NCBI GenBank assembly: GCA_003566395.1 | Contig: PXDL01000065.1 | Coordinates: 1-32,889 of the forward strand | DNA length: 32,889 nt | Direction: 5' to 3' | Origin: Balneolia bacterium | GTDB taxonomy: Bacteria; Bacteroidota; Rhodothermia; Balneolales; Cyclonatronaceae | In this document: positions 19,884 through 28,733 of the stretch, piece by piece | Numbering within the stretch: position 1 is the stretch's first letter | How the letters are laid out: each line of letters begins with the position of its first letter | Translations under genes and position numbers: made by a program | The notes under the pieces: model-generated | The model's input: the letters and a program-made list of their open reading frames with translations, nothing else | Databases searched by the model: none | Told to the model about the DNA's origin: nothing

Positions 19884-21053
19884 TTATTTCATGAAATGCC
19901 GGGCAAGAACCATGCGCTGTACTTCACTGGTTCCTTCGCCGATTTCAAGCAGTTTGGCATCGCGTAAAAACCGCTCAACGTGGTATTCCTTGGTATAGCC
20001 GTAGCCGCCGTGTATCTGAATGGCATCGAGGCAGGCTTTGGTACACATCTCGGAAGCGAAAAGCTTGGCGATGGAGGCTTCTCTGGTATAAGGCCGTCCC
20101 TGATCTTTAAGCCAGGCCGCACGCTGTACCAAAAGCCGGGCCGATTCTATGTGAACCCCCATATCCACGATTTTCCACTGTATGGCCTGGTTTTGGCCGA
20201 TGGGCCGACCGAACTGGGAGCGTTCCATCGCATATTTCTTCGATTCCTCAAAGGCTCCGCGGGCAATTCCCACGCCAATGGAACCGATGCCGATGCGTCC
20301 GCCGTCCAGAATTTTCATGGTATCGATGAAGCCTGAGCCGATTTCCCCGAGCAGATTATCTTCCGGCACTTCCACGTCTTCCATATAGATTTCAGTAGTG
20401 TCGGAGGAATTCATGCCCAGTTTTTTCAGTTTAGGCCCGTGGCTGAATCCTTTCATGTTTTTTTCAAGAATGAAGGCCGAAACACCTTTGGACCCTTTTG
20501 TGCGGTCGGTGACGGCCAGTACAACATATATACTGCCGACCGATCCCTGCGTAATGAAAATCTTGGATCCGTTCAGAATCCATTTGTTGCCGTCTTTAAC
20601 GGCGGTTGTTTTCATGTTGGAAGCGTCGCTGCCTGAACCGGGTTCGGTCAATGCCCATGCGCCAAGTGCCTGGCCGGTAGTTAGCTGCGAGAGGTATTTC
20701 AATTTCTGTTCCTCGGTTCCGGCCTGCGCAATATGGGCGGAGCAGAGGGAAGTGTGTGAAGCAACGGTGAGCGCAAGGGAAGCATCCCAGCGGGCAATCT
20801 CTTCCAGAACGATGGTGAAGCTTACCGCATCGAACCCGGCGCCGCCGTATTTTTCGTCGTGATAGATGCCGAGCATGTTCATTTCGGCGAGTTCGTTTAC
20901 AATATCATGCGGGAATTCACAGGATTCGTCGCGCTCCATAACGGTAGGGGCCACGCGCTGTTCTACAAAATCCCGAATACTTTCCTGAATCAGTTTCTGG
21001 TCTTCCGACAAGTCGAATCCCAGCGCACTGGGAGCTAAGGTGTCAATGCTCAT
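19884..21053 (-). CDS. Acyl-CoA dehydrogenase (short/branched-chain family)
   Basis: Motifs ALTEPGSGSDA, NGSKIFIT, LDGGRIGI, QIHGGYGY and EIGEGTSEVQR. Start set to ATG 21053, downstream of the promoter box. Confidence 0.93.
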   Translation of the reverse strand: MSIDTLAPSALGFDLSEDQKLIQESIRDFVEQRVAPTVMERDESCEFPHDIVNELAEMNMLGIYHDEKYGGAGFDAVSFTIVLEEIARWDASLALTVASHTSLCSAHIAQAGTEEQKLKYLSQLTTGQALGAWALTEPGSGSDASNMKTTAVKDGNKWILNGSKIFITQGSVGSIYVVLAVTDRTKGSKGVSAFILEKNMKGFSHGPKLKKLGMNSSDTTEIYMEDVEVPEDNLLGEIGSGFIDTMKILDGGRIGIGSIGVGIARGAFEESKKYAMERSQFGRPIGQNQAIQWKIVDMGVHIESARLLVQRAAWLKDQGRPYTREASIAKLFASEMCTKACLDAIQIHGGYGYTKEYHVERFLRDAKLLEIGEGTSEVQRMVLARHFMK

Positions 21054-21104
21054 AATGGGGGGTAAAAATAATTGATTGATTGTGTTTGGAATCGCTTTTC
21101 CAAG

Positions 21105-21112
21105 CAAATATA
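21105..21112 (-). promoter_or_regulatory. TATATTTG -7 element upstream of the acyl-CoA dehydrogenase
   Basis: TAnnTTTG match 51 nt upstream of ATG 21053. Confidence 0.6.
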
Positions 21113-21268
21113 CGCACTTAGAGGCTGATTTTCTAAGCTGCTTACAACGATTAATAAGCCCGGAAACGCAGACGGGGGCCGGCGTTCGTATAAATGCAGC
21201 CATTCATATATATTAACCCGGATAAACCGCGTTCCCGAATAACCTTACATATTTACAACAGTATAACC

Positions 21269-21709
21269 ATGGCCAGAGTTTACATAGAGATGAACGATTC
21301 AAACCCGACACGAAGATTTACAAACGGGTTGATTGCACTGCTTACAGGCGTGTTGACGCTCATTATGCCTGAGATGCTGACCATCATTATTGCCGCGTAT
21401 CTGATTTCTAACGGGATTGTCTATTTTGTGTTCGGCTCAGCCCAGTTTATCGGAGCTGTTTCCATACTGACCGGTATCGTGGTGTATAGCTTTCCACACC
21501 TGATTCCCTACGCCTTCGCTTTTTTCCTGCTCTTCTTTTCCTTCGGGGCCATACTCTCCGGCGGCATCACCCTGATCGGCGTGGTTGCGTTCGTGTTCGG
21601 GATTATCATCATAGGTACGCCGGAGTTTGTAAACTATATGATCGCGGCCTTTCTGTTAATTTACGGCGTACTATCCATCATGAAATGGTATCAGCTTAAA
21701 ACAGAATGA
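21269..21709 (+). CDS. Membrane protein with three DUF3096-like repeats
   Basis: Three hydrophobic G...G.....P..L....A..L hairpin repeats. Start set to ATG 21269, after an A/C-rich leader. Confidence 0.75.
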   Translation: MARVYIEMNDSNPTRRFTNGLIALLTGVLTLIMPEMLTIIIAAYLISNGIVYFVFGSAQFIGAVSILTGIVVYSFPHLIPYAFAFFLLFFSFGAILSGGITLIGVVAFVFGIIIIGTPEFVNYMIAAFLLIYGVLSIMKWYQLKTE

Positions 21710-21858
21710 CATCAGGACGTCCCGCTCCAGACTTGAGACGGTAAGTATTGTATTGTAAATGATTTATTTTAAAAAAAACATTAAGTTGTTACCGTCAATG
21801 TGAGGAACCCCAATATACACTCGTTTGCAAGCTATCAACCCGATTAACTGAGAAAGTC

Positions 21859-22299
21859 ATGAAAACATCTAAACTATTAGCAAAGAGCTCGTTGGCCGAT
21901 ATTGATCACATCATCAGGCCTGCCACAGCAGGATTGATTTATTTTGGCCTTTCAATTGCATTAAGTCTCTTAATATCCGGCGGCGGATCAATTACAGCTA
22001 TGCCGACGATATTGACTATCCCGCTCTTTTTTGCTGTTTTTTTTGTTTTAATTCGGGATAAGCTGAAAAATGACGAGTTGAGCAAGCGCGACTATTTCAT
22101 TGATAGCGAGAAAAATATTCGATACATGTTGCTCACCTATCTGGTTTTGTACACATTCCAGACTTTCTTGACTGAGGCGTTTATATCATTGTCTTTTTAT
22201 GTGTCACTGATAGTTTTGGTGGTGTATTTCTATCTTGGAGGACTTGTATTTAGTTTTGTGCTGTATTGGGTAAAACACAATATCCTTTCTGAAGAATAG
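21859..22299 (+). CDS. Hypothetical membrane protein (about 4 TM), AT-rich
   Basis: 146-aa ORF with ATG start and four hydrophobic segments. Confidence 0.65.
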   Translation: MKTSKLLAKSSLADIDHIIRPATAGLIYFGLSIALSLLISGGGSITAMPTILTIPLFFAVFFVLIRDKLKNDELSKRDYFIDSEKNIRYMLLTYLVLYTFQTFLTEAFISLSFYVSLIVLVVYFYLGGLVFSFVLYWVKHNILSEE

Positions 22300-22360
22300 A
22301 GAAACAGCTTGATTGATGCTGTTCATCCAAAAACGACAATTTGCACTTAAAACTATATGG

Positions 22361-22502
22361 CCTACCTGCGGCACGCCTGATGTGCCGACGCGTTTGTTTC
22401 TATCCGTATTCAGTCCCTGACGGGACAATAAGAACAGTCATTTTGCCGGTTTTTTTATAGTAAAGTATCTCCGCCCCGGCAGGTACGAAATATGGGCAGA
22501 GT
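22361..22502. repeat. REP/MITE-like intergenic element, copy 2
   Basis: Homologous to 17163-17329. Contains the hairpin GTCCCTGACGGGAC. Confidence 0.8.
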
Positions 22503-22574
22503 CAGAATCGAACTCAGGTTGTCAAACAAAATTTATTCTTTAACAAGGCAGACGAACGGTTTTTACGAAGCCAT

Positions 22575-23900
22575 CTATTCAAACAAAGGACTCAAAGCCC
22601 GGGTAGTCGGGATGAATACAAAGGCGTCATACCGGGCGGGTAAATCGGTATCTACATAGTTTTGGCGAGATTCGCTCTCTGGATTATATACGACGCCTAT
22701 GGCACGGTGTGGAATGCGTTCGGGGAAAAGCTGCCGGGTCTGTTCGTCCTGTAAATTAAACCAGAAAGGGGAAGTGTTCGCTTCATAAAGCTGTGCTTCC
22801 AGGCTGCCTTCCATAGCCGGCGGCATATCCACAAGCTGCATACGTCCTTCCCACTCAAACCCGACTTTCACACTTCCCTCATAGGTGCCGAAACCGAGGG
22901 CGAAAACGTTCTCCTGTCCGTAAGCGGTCCGGGTAAGCTGCCCGATGTTGTGCATGCCTGCGTTGGCCATGTCGGTGGCGCGGGCGTCGCCGATGTGCGT
23001 GTTGTGGGCCCATGCAATTCCGCGGGCGTTTCCACCATAAAAATCGAGTAGATGGGTGAGCGTATTCTTGAAGTTTGATGCCCGCTCGTTCCAGGAAAAC
23101 GGTCCCTGCTGCATCATGCCCCGCAAATGAAGATCGGCCTGACGCACAACCCGAAGATGCTGGGCCAGGTTGAACCATTCCAGTTCGGAGTAGGAATCAG
23201 GGCGTTCGAGCTGACCCACGGCATCAATTGCCTCGTTGATGTCGCGGCCGCAGTGTTCGTTGGTGCGGGCCACGTGCTCCAGATAAGCGCGCTGGTTCCC
23301 CCCGAACCGATTCATACAATGGGCGGCGATTCGCACGGCGTTGCGGGCTTCCCCGCTCAGATTGTCCGATTCCTCGCGCAAAAAATGAACGGAATCCATA
23401 AACCCGTACACATCCATGCCGTAAAAACCGGCTTTTGCGGATTCGTCCCCGAGTGCATCATTCCACTCTCTCAGCCAGACTACAAGTTCAAGCACTTCTT
23501 CATTATTCCACATCCACTCGGGCCAGCGGGTAAAATGGGTCAGCGCTTCTTCGGCTGAATCCGGGGCGCCTTCAAGATTCTTGACGAATTTATTGACCTC
23601 CCAGGCGGCATCCCAGTCGCCCTCGACAACAATGAAGTTGAAGCCGTGTTCGCGAATCAGCTCTTTACTTATTTCCGCCCGAACCTGGTAGTATTCGGAA
23701 GTCCCGTGCGTGGACTCCCCCAGAAGTACGGCCCGTTTTTGTGAAGCCAGAGCGGCAATATCCGCAATACTCGCGTCATCAAAAGGGATGAAGGCTTCAG
23801 TTTCTGTAAGGTTTTGCTGTGATGCATGGCCGAGGTTTACAAGCCCGGTTGCGGAAATCGAAATCAGAAGGAGCAGCGCAGCAGTACGGAATAATCGCAT
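22575..23900 (-). CDS. Erythromycin esterase (EreA/EreB-like) family protein with signal peptide
   Basis: Motifs LGESTHGTSEYY, VEGDW, RWPEWMW, GFYGMDVY, WAHNTHIGDARAT and HRAIGVVY. Start set to ATG 23900 (MRLFRTAALLLL). Confidence 0.88.
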   Translation of the reverse strand: MRLFRTAALLLLISISATGLVNLGHASQQNLTETEAFIPFDDASIADIAALASQKRAVLLGESTHGTSEYYQVRAEISKELIREHGFNFIVVEGDWDAAWEVNKFVKNLEGAPDSAEEALTHFTRWPEWMWNNEEVLELVVWLREWNDALGDESAKAGFYGMDVYGFMDSVHFLREESDNLSGEARNAVRIAAHCMNRFGGNQRAYLEHVARTNEHCGRDINEAIDAVGQLERPDSYSELEWFNLAQHLRVVRQADLHLRGMMQQGPFSWNERASNFKNTLTHLLDFYGGNARGIAWAHNTHIGDARATDMANAGMHNIGQLTRTAYGQENVFALGFGTYEGSVKVGFEWEGRMQLVDMPPAMEGSLEAQLYEANTSPFWFNLQDEQTRQLFPERIPHRAIGVVYNPESESRQNYVDTDLPARYDAFVFIPTTRALSPLFE

Positions 23901-23958
23901 GGTAAAAGAATTAAAGAAAAGTAGTGATTGGAAAAAGATCACAAAGAAAACCCAAAAT

Positions 23959-23994
23959 AAAAAAAAGCCTCTGAAATGCTGCATTCAGAGGCTT
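23959..23994 (-). terminator. Rho-independent terminator after the redoxin gene
   Basis: AAGCCTCTGAA..TTCAGAGGCTT 11-bp stem followed by a T-run on the minus strand. Confidence 0.85.
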
Positions 23995-24016
23995 CGAAAA
24001 CGAAATCAGGCGGGAA

Positions 24017-24640
24017 TCAGTACTTCACGCTGCATCCGTACGGTCTGGTTGTCGGGGTTGCGACTTCACGCCCGTTCATGGCCGCTTCGAGTGCCGAGAC
24101 AACATAGTTTTCGGCATCTTCAATTGTTGCGGGATTGGCGCTGGAGTTGCTGTCGATGGCACCGTCGTAAATCAATACGCCATCCGGATTGATGACAAAC
24201 ATGTGCGGGGTGGTGCGGGCATTGTACATACGGCCTACATCTCCGGGTTCATCAATCAGAACGGCTGCGGCCTTAACGTCTTTATCTTCAAAGGTGGCGT
24301 TGATCTGGTCCGGCGTCATGTGGCCCTGCTGACCTTCCCTGGAAGAAATGATGGAAAGCCAAACCACATCCTGCTCACCATAATGACGCTGTAGGCGCTG
24401 CATCTCGCCCACGCTGTAGAATTTTCGTACGAAGGGGCAATCGTGGTTAAGCCATTCCAGAACAACGAATTGACCCTGAAAATCACTAAGCGTGTGCTCC
24501 TGACCGTTTGAATCTACAAGGGTGAAATCAGGTGCCGGCTCGCCGACCTGGGCCTGATTGTTTTCGCCGGTTGCGGCGTGTAAAGCGTGACCTGTAAACA
24601 GCATCACTGCCAATAAAAAAATGCTTATCGAGTATTTCAT
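24017..24640 (-). CDS. Exported thioredoxin-fold redoxin (AhpC/TSA-like)
   Basis: Signal peptide; motifs GEPAPDFTL, EWLNHDCPFV, ARTTPHMFVI, YDGAID and YGCSVKY. Confidence 0.9.
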   Translation of the reverse strand: MKYSISIFLLAVMLFTGHALHAATGENNQAQVGEPAPDFTLVDSNGQEHTLSDFQGQFVVLEWLNHDCPFVRKFYSVGEMQRLQRHYGEQDVVWLSIISSREGQQGHMTPDQINATFEDKDVKAAAVLIDEPGDVGRMYNARTTPHMFVINPDGVLIYDGAIDSNSSANPATIEDAENYVVSALEAAMNGREVATPTTRPYGCSVKY

Positions 24641-24674
24641 AATGAAGTAAATAAGGTTGAAGATAAAGATGAAA

Positions 24675-25514
24675 TTAGCGGTTTACGGATAATACAACAG
24701 CTTTTACCCCCTCATCAGTTTCAATGACCAACGCGCCGTTGAGAACGTTGGGAGGGGACGAGCGGTAGCGCGAAGTTTTGAGCTCAAGCCAAAGATCCCC
24801 GTCCGAATAGACGGCCTTTTGCTCTGCCGATGGTTCGATTACATCATCCTCGTGAGGAAAAAAGTGAATGCTGCGGAGCGCTTGTTCGGCCGGGACGCCT
24901 TCACCCTGCAATCTGAGGATAACCTGATCTCCGTCGGCCGTAAACGCTGCATCAAGGGTGTGGTCTTCCTTCGGGATTTTCGCCCTGAATCGATCGAAGG
25001 TATCCTGAACTTGCTCGTTGAGACGGGACTCCTGTCCGGAAATTTCTATAGTGAACGCATGGGTTTCGAAAGCGGGAAGGCATACATCGTCGCAGACCAG
25101 ATATTCAAGGGAGGCCGTGATTTCGTATGATCCGGGCGCCACACCTTCCGTAACAGAAAAGGGAATCAGAAGCATGGTTTCGTCCTTATATCCATGCGTG
25201 ATAAGATGTTCTTCGCGGAAAATAGCCGGATAGGGCCATTTTACGGCTTCAAACTGAAATCCTTCCGGCGCGTCCCATTCAATGCCCGCCGGAATACCGG
25301 AGTCACCGGGATTCTGCCAGTAGGTGTGCCATCCGTCGGCAAGATCGAACCGGAGGCCTGCCTCAGACGATGAACCTGTTTGCAAAACGTCATGGGCGGG
25401 AAAGAGGGAAACATCGGCATATTCAGAACCGGGACTCGGCTGTGCATGCAGATCGGCTGCCGAACAAAGCGAAGTTGAGACCAATAAACCGAAGAAAAAT
25501 AATGCCTGTTTCAT
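24675..25514 (-). CDS. DsbD N-terminal-domain-like exported protein
   Basis: Signal peptide; motifs GWHTYWQNPGDSG, WPYP, GY and LVCDDVCLP. No TM or thioredoxin domain follows. Confidence 0.82.
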   Translation of the reverse strand: MKQALFFFGLLVSTSLCSAADLHAQPSPGSEYADVSLFPAHDVLQTGSSSEAGLRFDLADGWHTYWQNPGDSGIPAGIEWDAPEGFQFEAVKWPYPAIFREEHLITHGYKDETMLLIPFSVTEGVAPGSYEITASLEYLVCDDVCLPAFETHAFTIEISGQESRLNEQVQDTFDRFRAKIPKEDHTLDAAFTADGDQVILRLQGEGVPAEQALRSIHFFPHEDDVIEPSAEQKAVYSDGDLWLELKTSRYRSSPPNVLNGALVIETDEGVKAVVLSVNR

Positions 25515-25676
25515 ACTGCGCTGTTAAAAGGTGATGCAGCTGCACGAAATAGTTGAAATGGCGCAACCCGGGAAAGACAATTTATCTGTATGCAGCTAAA
25601 CACACAATATACAGCACTATGATTTAAGCTATTTAACAATCATCAGGAAACCGGTGGCATCACCCTTGCCGGAAAT

Positions 25677-25705
25677 GAAAAGCCCGGCAGGGTAACCGGG
25701 CTTTC
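25677..25705 (-). terminator. Terminator after the alkaline phosphatase
   Basis: AAAGCCCGG..CCGGGCTTT hairpin 11 nt after the phoA stop. Confidence 0.7.
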
Positions 25706-25716
25706 TGTATCGGAAA

Positions 25717-27177
25717 TCAGGAATCGGCGTAAGCCCGAACGCCCGCCATTTCTACCATTAAATCGAAAAGCTGGGTGTTACGGACGAAAGTTGGGAGGCT
25801 GTCCGCGCCCGGTCCCCAGGCCGCGAGCTCAACATAGTCTGAAGTGTGGTTGGTGCCGATGAAATAAATGCCGTTGTAATTGGCAAGAACGCCTGCAAGC
25901 ACGGCACCAGGTCCGGACCGGTCATGAAACGGGGCCTTGAATTCACCCCGGAAAGATTGAGCGGCCATTTCGGCTTCTTCCCTGGTGATTTCGGTACGCG
26001 TAGCATATTCCACCAGTTCCCGGACTTTTGATGCGGTAATGGAATCAAGCCCGTCCATAGACCAGTGAAAGCCCAGTTCACCGTACATCCACTCAAAACT
26101 GCGGCGGTAGCGGTGCATGGTATCGAGCATAGCTGGGGAGTCGCCGTATCCGCTTCCAAGCCCGCTCAGTCCCGGATTGGCATTCCCGTGATCGGTGGTG
26201 ATAATCACAAGAGTGTCGTCTCTTCCCTCGGTAAATTTCATCACTTCGCCGATTGCATCGTCAAAGGCTATCTGATCATAAATTAACCCGGCGGGATCAT
26301 TACCGTGAGCCGCGTGATCTACCCGTCCGCCCTCAATCTGAAGTATAAAGCCGTTGTTGCGGGATGAAAGTTTGTTTAGCGCTTTTTCGGTCATTTCGGC
26401 CAGGGTAGGCACACTTTCTCCGAGTTCCTGAATGTGTTCGTGATCTACTGTGTAGGGCAGGTGGGAGTCGTAAAACAGCCCGAGAAGTTTTTTGTCGGCC
26501 GGTGCGGCTTCAAGCTCGGCTTTGCTTTGAACGATGGAATAGTTTTTATCGCGAAAAACCTTAAAAATATCTTTGCCGTCTTCGCGGCGTTCGGCATCAA
26601 AATGGCGACGTCCGCCACCCATAAGCAAATCGTAGTCGCGCTCTGAGTACTGTTCGGCAATTTCGTCTTCCATCTGTCTTGAAGGCATATTGATAGCAAA
26701 TCCGGCAGGCGTGGCATGGGTGATACGCGTAGTGGTAACCAATCCTGTGGCTTTACCTGCATCCCGGAAAATTTCGCAAATGGTTTTATACTGCTCGTCG
26801 TTTGGCCCCCAGTTTACCCGGCCGTTGTCGATTCTGTGACCCGATCCCCAGGAAGAGGCGGCTGCTGCAGAACCGGTTACGTTGGAATTCCGGGAGGCCA
26901 TATCCATGAGGCCCCGGAAATGCGGGCGGTCCGATTCGTAGAGTTTAATCCAGTTCGAGGAATCCCCATACTGCTCTTTTTTTACTTTATCTGCCAGAGC
27001 GAGGGTGCCGCTGCTCATGCCGTCGGAAACAAGGAAAATGATGTTTTTAGCATCGCCGTTTGCGGATTTCCCGTTTTTTCGGTTAAAAGCGGTACCGGTA
27101 AAGCTGCTGCCGAGGGCGAGCGTTGAAAGAGCGCTTGTTTTTAGAAAGTCTTTTCGGCTGAATCGGTTTTTACTCAT
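25717..27177 (-). CDS. phoA: Alkaline phosphatase (PhoA family), Tat-like signal
   Basis: Motifs KNIIFLVSDGM, VTGSAAAAS (catalytic Ser), THATPAGF, EGGRVDHAAH, TTDHG and NHT. N-terminus reads SRKDFLK. Confidence 0.93.
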   Translation of the reverse strand: MSKNRFSRKDFLKTSALSTLALGSSFTGTAFNRKNGKSANGDAKNIIFLVSDGMSSGTLALADKVKKEQYGDSSNWIKLYESDRPHFRGLMDMASRNSNVTGSAAAASSWGSGHRIDNGRVNWGPNDEQYKTICEIFRDAGKATGLVTTTRITHATPAGFAINMPSRQMEDEIAEQYSERDYDLLMGGGRRHFDAERREDGKDIFKVFRDKNYSIVQSKAELEAAPADKKLLGLFYDSHLPYTVDHEHIQELGESVPTLAEMTEKALNKLSSRNNGFILQIEGGRVDHAAHGNDPAGLIYDQIAFDDAIGEVMKFTEGRDDTLVIITTDHGNANPGLSGLGSGYGDSPAMLDTMHRYRRSFEWMYGELGFHWSMDGLDSITASKVRELVEYATRTEITREEAEMAAQSFRGEFKAPFHDRSGPGAVLAGVLANYNGIYFIGTNHTSDYVELAAWGPGADSLPTFVRNTQLFDLMVEMAGVRAYADS

Positions 27178-27349
27178 AGTGGTCAGGTATTAGATTAAAA
27201 GATCGGGATATAATCGCATCAAAATAGAAAAACGCGGGCACACTTTCCCGCATCTGTCCCGGACAGCTTAATAGAAAGCAAACATCCTAAAATAATGAGG
27301 CGATCGGTCGCGCGTGTTATGATGCCGTTAACTTTTGCGCTGCCGTGCT

Positions 27350-28063
27350 TCACACATTAGAGCGCTGAACGGTATCTCTGTAGAATCTCACCAGCACCTC
27401 TTGGGAAGCCCCGGCATAAAACAGCAAAAAGATGACTGTAAATATCAACTGAAGCCGCACAAACCCGTTTTCCCGATATTTTCTGGCCGATGTGACGACC
27501 TCGGCATCCATCACCCTGAATGTTGCTCTTTTGCGAAGTTTACGGATGAAATCATTGTCCTCCATCACCAGAAGCGATTCATCAAATCCGTTGAGAGCGT
27601 TGAAGGCGTGCCTTTGTACGAACAGGCTTTGGTCGCCATAACGGAAGGGCAGCAGGTCGAAGCGGGTGAACCAGCCGTAGAGTTTCATAACGGCCCGCTG
27701 TTCATCGAATCGAAGCCTGAAGCATCCGGCCTCGGACGATCGTGAGGCTGCGCGAATTTGTTGAAGAAAGCCGGCGGGTGGAAAGGTATCGGCATGGAGG
27801 AAGTAGAGCAAATCGCCCCGGCTTTGCGTAGCTCCGTAATTCATTTGAGCCGCCCGGCCTTTCCGGGGTGACTGAAGCACCTTGAAATTATGAGATGCAA
27901 TGACGTCCGCCGTCCGATCCGGGCTGCCTGCATCCACTAAAAGACACTCACATGAAGGGTCCGAATCCAGCTCATCCCGCAGCCTTTCAAGAAGCAGTCC
28001 GATTTCTCCCGCTTCATTATAAACTGGAATAATTATGCTTATAAAGGGTGAAGAACCGGACAT
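27350..28063 (-). CDS. GT2-family glycosyltransferase, rSAM-associated (TIGR04283-like, arsenosugar-type cluster)
   Basis: Motifs SIIIPVYNEA, GRAAQMNYGA, FLHADT, YGDQSLF, MED and TSARKY. Confidence 0.9.
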   Translation of the reverse strand: MSGSSPFISIIIPVYNEAGEIGLLLERLRDELDSDPSCECLLVDAGSPDRTADVIASHNFKVLQSPRKGRAAQMNYGATQSRGDLLYFLHADTFPPAGFLQQIRAASRSSEAGCFRLRFDEQRAVMKLYGWFTRFDLLPFRYGDQSLFVQRHAFNALNGFDESLLVMEDNDFIRKLRKRATFRVMDAEVVTSARKYRENGFVRLQLIFTVIFLLFYAGASQEVLVRFYRDTVQRSNV

Positions 28064-28106
28064 GTAAGCACGGTATCCTTAAATTTTATGTATGCGGGGC
28101 AAGCGG

Positions 28107-28733
28107 TTAGAAAGATACAGGGTGATGGGCATCGAGGTGATGCGCCAGAACCCGGTAATCCTCCACCGTATCCAGATCGCTGAGTTTTTCGAGCTGGGTG
28201 AAGGAGGCTTCCTCGTTTCGAATGAGTTCGAGTGTTTGTTGATAAACCTGCCCGTGGCTCCAGTCGCTCAGTCCGAATATACGTGTGTGATCTTTATTCA
28301 TCCCCATCAAATAATAGCCGCCGTCTTCGGCAGGACCGGCCACGATATCGGTTGCCGTAAGGGCTGCGAAAGCCTGATCGAGGTGATGCGTTCTCAGCTG
28401 CGGGCAGTCACTCCCGATGATGCAGATTCGCTCGTAACCTTCATCGAAAAGCTCACGGAAGGCCGCTTTCATCCGTTTGCCGAGATCTCCGTTTTGCTGC
28501 AATCTGAGATAAAAACGGTCCGGTAGGCCGGCGTTGTTTGCAATCACGGGCGTAAAATAGACAAAGACATCTGCATCAACCCGTTCGGCTGCATCAAAGG
28601 TGAGGGCTATGAGTGTGCGATACACCTTGAGGGTGGCATCAGGCCCGAGGCTGGCTTCAAGTCGCGTTTTGACCTTGCCGGGCTGCGGGTTTTTGACAAA
28701 AATAATGAGCGCTTTGTCGGAGGAAGAGCTCAC
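28107..28733 (-). CDS. GT-A/CofC-like transferase (TIGR04282/DUF2064-like)
   Basis: Motifs KNPQPGKVKTRL, Q.GDLGKRM, IGSDCP, GPAEDGGYYL and DLD. The GTG start at 28733 overlaps the arsS TGA (GTGA), with GGAGG upstream. Confidence 0.9.
   Translation of the reverse strand: MSSSSDKALIIFVKNPQPGKVKTRLEASLGPDATLKVYRTLIALTFDAAERVDADVFVYFTPVIANNAGLPDRFYLRLQQNGDLGKRMKAAFRELFDEGYERICIIGSDCPQLRTHHLDQAFAALTATDIVAGPAEDGGYYLMGMNKDHTRIFGLSDWSHGQVYQQTLELIRNEEASFTQLEKLSDLDTVEDYRVLAHHLDAHHPVSF

Noticed and set aside
21054-21268. Long N-terminal extensions in the ORF track (ACAD from 21203, membrane protein from 21194; also 1930 and 23984)
   Set aside because: They run through promoter, terminator or upstream-gene sequence; downstream ATGs fit better.
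17163-22502. CRISPR array or integron attC sites
   Set aside because: Only two diverged copies 5 kb apart, with no regular spacers and no cas or integrase gene.
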